NCBI RefSeq assembly: GCF_006345805.1
Contig: NC_042999.1
Location: 156,922,001 to 156,986,000, forward strand
Source: Octopus sinensis
Taxonomy: Eukaryota
Reading direction: 5' to 3'
DNA length: 64,000 nt
Shown here: positions 12,795 to 25,059 of the stretch, piece after piece
Position numbering within the stretch: the stretch's first letter is position 1
How the letters are laid out: each line of letters opens with the position of its first letter
Notes under the pieces: model-generated
Told to the model about the DNA's origin: nothing
Database searches by the model: none
What the model saw: the letters and a program-made list of their open reading frames with translations, nothing else
Made by a program: the position numbers and the translations under genes

Positions 12795-13947
12795 TTGTTT
12801 AGGGATAGGGGAAAAATAAATAGTACAAGCCCAAGTAAACTAATTTGGTCATTTAATGACATAAACAAGTGCTATTTGATTGATTGGGAACTAATTAGTA
12901 CTGCTAATCTGGATAGAATAGGAGGAAAGAGATGTGACCCCTGCATAGACAAGCTTTACCAAATATTTAATTCAAAATACAAATTAATAAACAATATAAA
13001 TGAATACATAACAAAATATACAATACTGGTAATGTAGGGACCAAACCCCTAAAATTAATTTAAACAGACAAAAATAATTCTTGGCAAATACTCTGAGCCA
13101 AAGGTAGCACACACAACTTTTAAGGAAAATTAAGAACATTACAAAAACAACAACCCCAACCTTGACCTATTTTAAGACCAAGGTCCATCATCATCATTGT
13201 TCGACCGTGGTCGAGACAATGGAATTTACCATGCTACGCCAGACTTCACAGTCCATCATGGCATTACGGGGGTCCTGTTGCTGGATGCCTGTATCCCTGG
13301 AGATTACATCAGGGTAGGAGAGTGTGCGCCCTCTGGTATTGCGAGTAGATGGCTTCCAGAGGAGAAGAGTAGAAATTACCTCGTTTTCAGCTCTACAACA
13401 ATGTCCAGCAAACTGGACTCTCCTACCTTTCACAAGAGATGACACAGGTGGTAGTTTCCCATATATTTGCATTTTGGTTGGATGGCGCCTCCACGAGAGA
13501 TTTTGAGCTCTCATAAGGAGGCGAGTGTAGGTTCCATCCAACCGCCTCGCAAGCTTCTTTGATAACGTCCAGGTTTCTGAGCCATATAGTAGAATTGGTT
13601 CGACTGTGGCTTTGAAGATTTCAAGTTTAAAGTCTCTACTTAGATTTGATGACCAGATCTTATGCATGTCATTACAGGATGACCAGGCCATACCCTTTCT
13701 AGTTAGAAAGTCCAACCTCTGTCTACAACAATGGTGAGCTCTCAGTCAGGTTCTTATAACTATAAATAGCAGTACCTCTACCTTCTACAGAATACTAAAT
13801 AACAAAAACTTTCTTCAACCAGCTCACTTCAAAAAAAGCCAAAAAGACCAAATGGACGAACCCTGATGAAATTACACTGACAATATTGCAAAGTGGCATC
13901 TGCAACAATGTACAGTCGCTGCAGTGGAAACGTGTGTAGGTCATTGT

Positions 13948-13989
<42 letters not shown>

Positions 13990-14442
13990 TTAACGTCCGT
14001 TTTCCATGCTAGCATGGGTTGGACGGTTTTGACTGAGGGCTGGTGAACCAGATGGCTGCACCAGGCTCCAGTCTTGATCTGGCAGAGTTTCTACAGCTGG
14101 ATGCCCTTCCTAATGCCAACCACTCCGAGAGTGTAGTGGGTGCTTTTTACGTGCCACCTGCATGGGAGCCAGTCAGGCTATACTGGCAATGACCTCACTC
14201 GAATCTTTTTACACATGCCACCAGCACAGGTGCCAGTGAAACGACGTTGGAAACGATCACATTTGAATGGTGCCCTTTTACGTGCCACAGGTACGGAAGC
14301 CAGTTGGCTGCTCTGGCAATAATCACAACGATCATGCTCGGATGGTGTTCTTGGCACCCTACTAGCACAGGCATAAGCGCCAGTAAGGCACTTGTAATGT
14401 GCTGTATATAGCTGTAAAATAAAAATAGTGGATGTACAAGTT

Positions 14443-14445
<3 letters not shown>
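12795..14445 (+). mobile_element. Inverted, 5'-truncated copy of the same Penelope-like element, interrupted by two retroposon insertions
   Basis: 12795-13187, 13711-13950 and 14392-14445 align in reverse complement to 12239-11505. ORF FRDRGKINSTSPSKLIWSF...WELISTANLDRIGGKRCDPC. Confidence 0.85.
13188..13712 (-). mobile_element. RTE-clade LINE 3' fragment
   Basis: IFKATVEPILLYGSETWTL...RRVQFAGHCCR...WRSMV. The stop runs directly into a (TGA)n tail. Near-identical copy at 63510-63975. Confidence 0.88.
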
Positions 14446-14477
<32 letters not shown>

Positions 14478-14864
14478 TATTATAATTATTACTATTATTA
14501 TGATTATTATTATTATATAAGTTATAATTAATATTAAAGTTTAGATATGAAACTTTAAAATTTAGCATCCAAACCTTATGTTGGGAATGTCCCTTGTAGT
14601 GTACCAGGAGAGCACATTCACCACTTACAGCTTCCAGGTGTCATCTACGGTAAATGCAGTTTTGTCACTGAATCTACATTAAGAATTCTTCTCTGCCCAT
14701 TGAGTATATTCTAAATGATTGATACAGAAGGCAGAGGGCACTGGAAACTTTGTTTATCGCAATGTTCATTTCAGCATACATCTGCACTGCTACCTAGTGG
14801 GTGGGGAACGATATAATGAAATCAAATGCACCCCCACTAGCAGAAGAAACGTCATCAAGTGACA

Positions 14865-15159
14865 GTGGAGGCACATGGCCTAGTGGTTAGAGCAGCGGAC
14901 TCGCGGTCGAGGGATTTTGGGTTCGAATCTCAGACCGGGCGATGTGTGTGTTTATGAGCGAAAACACCTAAGCTCCACGCGGCTCCAGCAGAAGGTAATG
15001 GCGAACTTCTGCTGACTCTTTCACCACAACTTTCTTGGCGTATAGGTTCCCCACCTGCAACGGGCCGGCGTCCCATCCAGGTGGGGAACCTATATGCCAA
15101 GAAACCGGGAAACCGGCCCTTATGAGCCAGGCATGGCTCGAGAAGGAACAAATAAACAA
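14865..15159 (+). mobile_element. tRNA-derived SINE family C (V-domain-like core)
   Basis: A-box tggcctagtgg, B-box ggttcgaatc, ggcgtcccatccagg...gaaaccgg. 12-bp TSD catcaagtgaca at 14853 and 15160. Confidence 0.88.
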
Positions 15160-15720
15160 CATCAAGTGACACAATAGGTTTCGAAGTTATAAAATTTACA
15201 TTTCGCTCATAAGTGTAGTTGGGTTATGTTGGTAGTATTGGTGTGTTGGCAGTAGTTGGTTCTTAAATGCATTGATGGAGCAGAATAACTGTGGTGTGTA
15301 TTCAGGACACTACAGGCAGGAAGTGGTTGATAAAAAATACAAAAAATAGAATGCCAAGACTAAAGAGGTAGATCTTAATGGCTTTGGAATGGAAGCTGCT
15401 CTAAGGGGTGCAGAGTCCTTGGATGTCTGATGATGCCTGTCAGGTGTGATGACATGGTCAAGAATTTGCTGGGGGTGTGGTTCACATCTTCTGATTTGAT
15501 GGCTACTTAATGACTCTATTGCACATATCAGTATCCCAACATACACCAATTCACACTTGCGCCTATATAGACACATACTGGTACACATACATATGCACTC
15601 TCATTTATACATGCTCATGCCATTCAACATATTTACCTAGACTCATCCATCTATTTATATATACATACATACATATATATATGTGTGTGTGTGTATACTG
15701 TATATATACATACATATATA

Positions 15721-16200
15721 TAGGGTGTCCCAAAATTAAGGCAACCGACTTTTTTTAAATTTTGCCAAAGCAAAATATTGTTACATTTTGGGTTTGAGTG
15801 TTGCAATGCAATGGTAAAGGAAACGCAGTTACAACACTACCACATTCATTCAATATGACCACATAGGAATGAGAACCCAGGTTTGAAATTTCCCCAAGAC
15901 ACCCGATGAAGGCTGGAGGGTATATCAGCCGAAATGTTGTGTTAACAACAAACAAGATGAGAACAAATATCCATCAAATGTAAATAATATAAAATAATAT
16001 GACCATTTGTTTCAAATCACAGCTTTCAGGTTAAATGCAAATGCTTCACACACAGCACATAGCTGCTTTTGCATAATCAAAGCCAATTCTTGGTGCAGTT
16101 TTGCTTTCAGAGCATCAAGCAAAGCATGAAGGGTACTTGAGACCCTTGTCTCCAAAATGGACCAAACAGAAAAATCCAATGGGTTGAGATTGGGGCACAC
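15721..16200 (-). mobile_element. Tc1/mariner 3' fragment with one TIR, interrupted by a hammerhead-bearing repeat
   Basis: CPNLNPLDFSVWSILETRV matches the SPDLNPLDF motif. TIR-like tagggtgtcccaaaa next to TA. Confidence 0.72.
15898..15943 (+). ncRNA. Degenerate minimal hammerhead motif
   Basis: gacac-CcGATGA-a-ggctg[loop]cagcc-GAAA-tg-TT-gtgtt. U4 changed to C. Confidence 0.55.
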
Positions 16201-16389
16201 GTTTGTTTGTTTGTTTTAGATTGGAAACAAAGTCTTATTGCATTAATGACATAATCTCTTTGATACTTACAGTAGAATATGCATTAATTTTACATTCTAA
16301 TGTTTTTCTTCCTTTGCAGATTATTTTATACCAGAGTGGTTAAATTAGTATTAGTTTTCCTCTTTTAAATGAGTTTAGATTAGATCAAT

Positions 16390-17030
16390 GTCAGATACAG
16401 CGATGTTGTATGAATTCAAAAGGAGCTCCTAGCTGATGGAAGTGGCATAAAATATTTGTTCTGTTTATAGAAATGAAGCTTTAAGTATACAGACATGCCA
16501 ACAATGGTTTGGCCAGTTTTGGAAAATCTTTCTTTCATAGACTCCCTTCAACCTGGATGACCAAGTTCTGTCTATAATGAGCTTGTGAACCATGGGATGT
16601 AGCAAAACAGTTTAATTCAAGTCACACTTTGATTATAAAACACTTTCATGAACTAGAGAAGGTCTAAACATGGTCAGCGTGTCTCACATCATTGGACTGC
16701 TTCTCAGCTTAACCAAAGTGTTGCCTCCTGTTCTTCATTCAAGAGAAGATTTGTTACTAAATCTTTCCTGTATTGAATCATCATAAGTGATAAAAAGTGG
16801 GTTTACTATAATGATATCCAAGGAAAATGACAATGTTTAGCACCCATGGAAAAAGAAGAAACTATTCCTAGACCAGGACTACACCCAAGAAAATGTTATA
16901 CTCTGTGCTTGGTGGGATATGAAGGGCGTCATCTAACATGAAGTATTAAACCAAAATGTAACAATTAATGTGAAGAATATTCTTATCAATTTGAAGCATT
17001 GTACAAAAATTTGCAGGAAAAGTAACCATT
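16390..17030 (+). mobile_element. Heavily decayed mariner transposase fragment
   Basis: AMLYEFKR...CQQWF, IIISDKKWVYYND, GLHPRK, LCAWWDMKGVI. Confidence 0.72.
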
Positions 17031-17088
17031 TTCTAGATGGTGTAATTTAATTATTCATTTTGAATTGATAAAAGTTGTTTTTTTTCTA

Positions 17089-17131
<43 letters not shown>

Positions 17132-18026
17132 CCCTATTTGGAAGCCTCTTATTGTATATATATATATATGTATATATATGTACATTTTATTTTCACTGCC
17201 TTTTCTTTAAGAGTACACATACTTTTCACCATAAGAGAAAGAAAGAAGCATGTATTTCAATGATCAAACGGACTATTGTGAAATATTGGTCTTGACATGA
17301 AATTGACATTTAGAAATAGCTAAACAAAGTCAGGCATTTTCTTAAAGTGAAAGAGAAGATTTATTGGATGGCTGCTTCACATATGTTACTATATCTTTAT
17401 GACAGTAGTTGTCATACAGATAACAATTGTGGCAAGTGTCCCACATTGTACTTGTTTTCTAGACTCAAGCTACCACATCTACTTAACAATATTTGACTTT
17501 TGGGAAATAATGTTTCTCTTTAGTGTTGGCATGGTTCAGTTGAAAAGAAATAAATAAGATCATAGCACTAAATGGTTATTTGCCAAAACATATGTATTTA
17601 TCATTAAACTTAGAATAACAAAAACAAACTTTAATCTCTCTTGAAAGAAAAACATAAAAAGGAAAAAAACAGTGCTGTGAAGGAAATTGGATGATGAATG
17701 AAAAGGAGAAATAAAAGAAGAAACAATATAGGAAAATGGCAAAAAGATTTGTTTTAGCAAATAAATACAAATTAATATTTCAGAAATTCTAATGTTAATG
17801 ATTACAATATTCAAAAATTATGATAAAGTTGTAACAACAGTTAAAATAATTTTTTCACACTGAGAAGTGTAATATTACAAACTAATTAAAGAGAGGAATT
17901 ACTTTTGAAAACAAATTGTAAAAATCTCTCTACCTTCATAAACAACCTTATTAATTAAGAAAAATCATATGGTATTTAGAAAACTGCATGTGTGTGTGTG
18001 TATTTAGATGTGAATATATATGTGTC

Positions 18027-18276
<250 letters not shown>

Positions 18277-18912
18277 ACAAAATAATATATAAAACATATG
18301 CATATATACATACATATATGTACGTACCTATATCTACATGTATATATACATGCATATATGGGTACAGGACACCAAAAAAAAAACGTCGAATACAATGAGA
18401 AATGAAAACATAAACACAAAACTAAAAAAATGGACATTTTTCTTAAACAACGAAAAAATAGACTACAAGACATACAACACAAGGAATATTCCCCTTCTTC
18501 AACCGCCTCTGTTTCATCTACTCCATATATATATATATATATATATATAGGTTATAAAATGAGATAGGGGTTGAGAATTCAACCCACCATGGGATAATAT
18601 ATATCCAATATACTGCCAGATAGGTACCCAACAAGATTAATACATAGATGTTAAAAATTGTCAAACAATCAGTTCATCTATTGTATTATATGGGTAAAGG
18701 TAATAATATTACCGTAAATTAATACTACAAAATTAGAGAATGGAGAAACATACTTAAATCAATAAAACATCAACTATCCGATGATACCCAATCAATACTT
18801 TAATACACCATTACATATGAGTAAAGGCATTATACAAAATGAGATATACAGTAATAGTAAAAAAATAAAGAGATATAAGTAAAAAATTTCAAATATAATA
18901 TGCAATTAAATC

Positions 18913-19028
18913 AAAACTGACAGCTGTTTCGGCAGTGAGGGCAGTCATACCTCATTTAACCTCTAAGCCATAAAGGCAGGTATAAATGAGGCATTAACAA
19001 GGATGCCCCACGGCCTCTTCAGAGAATT
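18913..19028 (-). ncRNA. Minimal type I hammerhead ribozyme motif with long stem II
   Basis: Minus strand: aattct-CTGAAGA-ggc[...]gcc-GAAA-c(agct)g-TC-agtttt. Stem I has two mismatches. Confidence 0.68.
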
Positions 19029-19253
19029 AAATTAAATTTGTTATAATTGTGAAAAATATTATATAACCATATACATATAAATATTTACGGTAATATTATT
19101 ACCTTATATATATATATATATATATATAGAGGGAGAGAGAGAGAGAGAGAGATATTGATAGATAGATAGAGAGATAGATCGATAGATAGATAAATAAAAC
19201 TTACTTGGAAGAGTATGTGTGGTATTCAATCATATAATAAAATAAATAAAATA

Positions 19254-19309
<56 letters not shown>

Positions 19310-19688
19310 TATATATATATGTGCATATATACATATGTATATGAACATACTTACATCTATACATATATACATATGCATATGGGGGCACTGGACATCACAA
19401 AACATGTACAACAAAAAAGTATGAAGCAGAGTACATGAAACATGAACTATTCTTTCAAACAACAAAAGGCACAAATGGAAAACAAAGCAAACAACATAAA
19501 GAACGACCCTTCATCAGTTGTTGGCAGTTTTTCTAGTTTCGTATTTCGAGCATTTAACAACAATATACACTTTCGATAAAACAGTTGTGGGAGCAACTGT
19601 TTTATTGAACCACATGAGCAAGGGAAGAGGAGCGAGGGAGACAGAGTGACAGAGAAATAAGATAGAATAGTAGGAGAACATTCCTCTT

Positions 19689-19995
19689 GTGGAGGCACAT
19701 GGCCTAGTGGTTAGAGCAGCAGACTCATGGTCGAGGGATCGCGGGTTCGAATCTCAGACCGGGCAATGTGTGTGTTTATGAGTGAAACACATAAGCTCTA
19801 TGCGGCTCCAGCAGAAGGTAATGGTAAACTTCTGCTGACTCTTTCGCCACAACTTTCTCTCCCTCTTTCCTCCGGCATCTTGCAGCTCACCTGTGATGGA
19901 CTGGCGTCTCGTCCAGGTGGGGAACCTCTACGCCAAGAAACCGGGAAACCAGCCCTTATGAGCCAGACATGGCTCGAAAAGGAACAAATAAACAA
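19689..19995 (+). mobile_element. tRNA-derived SINE family C
   Basis: Same family as 14865. TSD agaacattcctcttg at 19675 and 19996. Confidence 0.88.
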
Positions 19996-20642
19996 AGAAC
20001 ATTCCTCTTGAAGTGTCACTCAAAACATTGCATAAAACCCATTGCCTCGTTGCTGTAATTTTGCTAAAGTATCCGCAATGTCTCTGTAGCAGACTTCCCA
20101 AGCTAAATAGAAAAAGTTGTTCCAACTTCCTGTCCATGACAAAAATCACAGACTACAGCATACACGTGATCACAAAAACACAAATTTCACAACTTGCAAA
20201 GTAAACACAGAGATGCCACTTGACACACTGCCTCATGAAGGGCACTGCTAGCTCTCACTGCACACGCAACTGTGTGCTGCCATCTGTTGGCATGCTACAG
20301 AACTAATCTGGGAACTTCTTGCATGCATATGTAAGTGTGTGTGTGTAAGTATGTATGTATGTGTATGCAGACATGTATGTGTCTATGCATGTACACACAC
20401 ACACACACACACACATATACATGTGTATTTAAATTTGTTTGTGATTATGAGTATTCAGCCAAGAAAGGCTCTGAAACAGTGCTTCATCAAGAAAAACAAA
20501 TTTGATTTTCAAAATCTGCATCCCAAACAGTAGGTTGTCCATAAATAGTGTTATAAAAATTATAATTTTTAAGAGACATAACTTAACTTTTAGATCGACA
20601 ACTCCCTCACTCTATCTTTCACCACCAATGTATCCCTTTATA

Positions 20643-21386
20643 TATAGTGTGGGTGAAAAGTAAGTAAGCATTAAGAATTGGTAATAAAATCCATATTCCT
20701 TTTACAAATTCATTGAAACAAATGACACATGTTCTTTATTACATGGGAAAATGGAAGTAAATATTTATATTTCAATGTAAGCACCAGTGGCATCAATCAG
20801 TTTCCTCCAACGGCCAGGGATGGAATGAACAACCTTCTGAAGGATGTTGTCTGGGATATCATTGCAAATCTCCTAAATCTGTATCTCCAAGTCCTCCAGT
20901 GTGTGAGGTTTTGTCTTGTACACCTGCTCTTTTGTGTAACCCCACAGGCCAATTTTTATGTCAACCTAACATTAACTCTCTATATTCCATTCTGCAGTCA
21001 CAATCTTCAGGTTTTAGTGCCTGCATGTAATGGGATTTCCATGGACGAAAATTCAGTTCTTTATGCAACACTATACATATAGGCGTAGGAGTGGCTGTGT
21101 GGTAAGTAGCTTGCTTACAAACCACATGGTTCTGGGTTCAGTCCCACTGCATGGCACCTTGGGCAAGTGTCTTCTACTATAGCCTCGGGCCAACCAAAGC
21201 CTTGTGAGTGGATTTGGTAGATAGAAACTGAAAGAAGCCCGTCGTATATATGTATATATATATATATCATCATCATCATTTAACGTCCGCTTTCCATGCT
21301 AGCATGGGTTGGACGGTTCAACTGGGGTCTGGGAAGCCAGAAGGCTGCACCAGGCCCAGTCTGATCTGGAGTGTTTCTACAGCTGG

Positions 21387-21466
<80 letters not shown>

Positions 21467-22112
21467 ACGTGTGTGTGTGCATATGTTTGTGTGTCTGTGT
21501 TTGTCCTCCCAACATCGCTTGACAACCGATGCTGGTGTGTTTACATCCCCGTAACTTAGCAGTTCAGCAAAAGATACCGATAGAATAAGTACTAGGCTTA
21601 TAAAGAATAAGTCCTGGGGTCGATTTGCTTGACTAAAGGCAGTGCTCCAGCATGGCCACAGTCAAATGACTGAGTAAAAAGAGAGTAAAGAGTATTGTGC
21701 CTTGTTAGTCCACTTTCACAAGCTACTTGACATGGTGATTTTTTTTGGTCTGTGATCAAACAGTTCTTACATTGTTGCCATGTTTTCCGATGATCAGGAT
21801 GTGGTTGGACAGCCACTTCTTCCATCATTCACAGAGCCCGTGGTCATCAGCTTTGCATGACAACTTTTTATTGTCTCCTGACGTAGTGTTGTATGTTTAC
21901 ATTTCCATGCTCACCGTCTCTGAACCAAAACAATGGTATTCCACACTTCATAGCATGCTGCTATCTTAGCTCGAACCTGAACAGTTAAGCAACCAGCCGT
22001 CTGGAAAATAAGAAATAAAAATTTTTTTTTAAATGCTTCCGCCATGACGTCAGTGATGCAAAAAATTTTATAAGCAATTTCTAATGCCTAGTTACTTTCC
22101 ACCCACCTTGTA
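20643..22112 (-). mobile_element. Internally deleted Tc1/mariner element with both TIRs and nested SINEs
   Basis: TIRs tatagtgtgggtgaaaagtaa and ttactttccacccaccttgta. C-terminus LWGYTKEQVYKTKPHTLEDLE...LIDATGAYIE. HTH remnant KKSPCQVACESGLTRH. Confidence 0.75.
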
Positions 22113-23879
22113 TATCATACTTTTTGACACTCTCTTTAAATATGTATTAACTCTTACACATTGCTTTCATTTTGCATAAAACCTCATTTTGTGATGTTTA
22201 CTTTCATTTTATGACAATGACGCACAAATCCTGTTTACTGATATGATAAAACGATCAAACTTTAAAACCTCTGTAACATTTTTCTAAAATTTTTCTGGAA
22301 TAAATGAATCAAATTCAGATTCAGCATGGAAAAGTACACTGATATACCAAATTTGAAAATTTTCATTTAATTTTAAAATTTCTAAATCTATGACATCAAG
22401 AGAAAAAATTTTTCTCTTTCTGTCACTTTCATATTTCGCTTTTCTCATGGTAAACTTTCCTGCTCTTAACACATTTTTACCATACTCTCTCTTACTCTCT
22501 ATAAAAGTATGTCACTCATGCTGAGTGTGTGTATGATTGTCAGTGTATGTGTATGCATGTGTGTAAGGAATTTCATTTGTGCAACAGTGTGATTTAAATA
22601 AGTATATAAATGATAATTTATTTTAATAGCATACTTTTCTGCAAGTAAATGTGTATTTTCTTGCATATGCACACACATGGACCCACTTGATGCAGGATGG
22701 AGGTTTAAAAGTTGTAATTACAAATTGTTTGTTGTTGCTTACATATGAGCTGTGGACCACCACCTCATCATTCCAGAAAATGTGTTTATGGGGAGAAAAA
22801 TATTGAAAAACATCAATACATGTTAGAGCAACAAAGAAACCAGAAAGGTAATAGGAGGTCGTGGGATGTCCTAGAAACAACAGATAAATCTCCTTTAAAT
22901 CATACACCTTTTTTTCCTGAAAGTTATTTGGAAATTATAAACAGAAACAAATTGCGGATTCGAACTGTGTAACAATTAAAACTCCCAATAGGGGGAGGCA
23001 CTTCGAAAGGTTACTCGTGGAAAAACCCATAAAAGCCACGGGAGCCTGATCAAAAAGGGGGGGAGGGGTAGAGAGCCCCTTTCTCTTTTATATTTCCTTT
23101 TAATTTTCACAGGTGTATCCTCAGAATTGGTCCATTCATACTGGACTTGCTACCAGACATCACTTCTCTCTCTACTCTCATCTTCCTTTTCAAGTGAAAC
23201 TTGAAAAAGTTGATAATCAAGCTTCAGTGTAAGATTTATACATGGTAATTAATTAGAAAAGCTTGAGAAACAGAATAAAGTTCGTCTGAAATTATAAAGA
23301 AGAATTCCTTTCATTTCTAGCATTTCATCAAAGGAAAACTTGATGTTGCTTGGCAAGAGGTGAAGATGCATGTTCTCTGGTGGCTCTCAAACCTCTGCAG
23401 TTATTATTGGCATGAATTTGATTTCATACTGGGAATAGGGCAGAAAATTCAAGGACATTGCATATAATGTCCATGATATAGCATGATGTTCCTGCAAGTT
23501 AATTGGTTACTAATCAGGACATGCTACATGATAAAAATGTGATCCATGCTTGACATGGACCAGGCAACTGAGAATTTTAGGTTTGATTCAAGATCTCACT
23601 ACACCTTCAACAGCGCAAAAAGAGAAAAAGAAAGCACTGCACATATCATTCTTTCATTCTTTTCTTCTATTTGTTTCAGTCATTTGACTGTGGTCATGCT
23701 GGAGCACCGCCTTTAGTCGAGCAATTCGACCCCAGGACATATTCTTTGTAAGCCTAGTACTTATTCTATCGGTCTCTCTTGCCGAACCGCTAAGTGACGA
23801 GGGACGTAAACACACCAGCATCGGTTGTCAAGCAATGTTTGGGGCACAAATACAGACACACACACATATACATACACAT

Positions 23880-23925
<46 letters not shown>

Positions 23926-25059
23926 GTATACGACGGGCTTCTTTCAGTTTCCATCTACAAAATCCACTCACAAGGCTTTGGTCAGCCTGAGGCTATAGTA
24001 GAAGACACTTGCAGAAGGTGCCACGCAGTGGGACTGAACCCGGAACCATGTGGCTGGTAAGCAAGCTACTTACCATCACAGCCACTCCTACGCCTATTAA
24101 GCAAACATCATCACACCTCACACCTCACACCTTAAAATAATCACAATACAACCAAACTTATGGTCAAAGACAAATTAAAAACTGCAGATCAGGAAAAACA
24201 ATAACGAAACTGAAAATTGACAAATTACTGGTAGAAAGAAAACTATTTTAGTGAAAGTAAAAAGAAAGAAAAAAGTTTAAAAAAAGTACCTATTCCTAAT
24301 CTAGGCATGATATTTCAAATTATCAAAGAAAAGACATATGTTGTAACGGTTATATTATTGTAAAAGCATAAATTCACTCAAGTAATTTCAATATAGATAT
24401 CAAGGAAAACAAATAAAAGAATTAACAGATAAATTTTTTGTTTTCGGAGATGTGTAGGTGGAAGATTAAATCTGCATAATAGCTTAAGTAAATCCTATAA
24501 CATCAACAATTTAAAACCTAAATTTAAGAAAAGCATAAATGGTGTTATATAACCACCCCCACAAGATCCAAGCCAGTGCAACTGACAAACCTTTCTGCTC
24601 TACTTGTGATTATCACTTAAAATTTATAATTGAAACTACATGTGTGTGAATGAGGTCAGCCACATATGAGACAAACAAAACTAAAAAAAAATGTACTTTT
24701 CATTTACTAAAAAACAAATTGGAATGATCCCAGCAAGTAAAGTGACACTTGTCATACATGTTATTTTATATGATAAGACAAAGTTACCCTGAGTAGTAAA
24801 AGAGTAATCCCAGCACTACACTTGTCTGATATTGAACTGGAGAAAATGTTCTTAGTTGATTTGTAAACTGTGTACAACAAACCAGAATCACATTAGTCAT
24901 TGACCATTAAATAATTATTGGAAAAAGAAAGCATATACAAATCAGGATCAATGATGGGAATATGCAAAGAAATGGCATATACCTGCTTCAAGTTCCCAGG
25001 TATTTTGTATTATCAAAGTCTGATGGAGACATTTACTATAGCAAACCTTAATCAGTTTT

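Noticed and set aside
14866-14940. tRNA gene (A/B boxes, TCG in the loop)
   Set aside because: tRNA-derived SINE head continuing into SINE body with TSDs; the cloverleaf is incomplete.
19500-19550. Minus-strand CTGATGA
   Set aside because: No downstream stem II-GAAA-stem III found in this copy.
23110-23620. Possible exon or decayed DDE transposase (FLPYSQ-like on the minus strand)
   Set aside because: Too degenerate; no convincing open frame or motif set was recovered.
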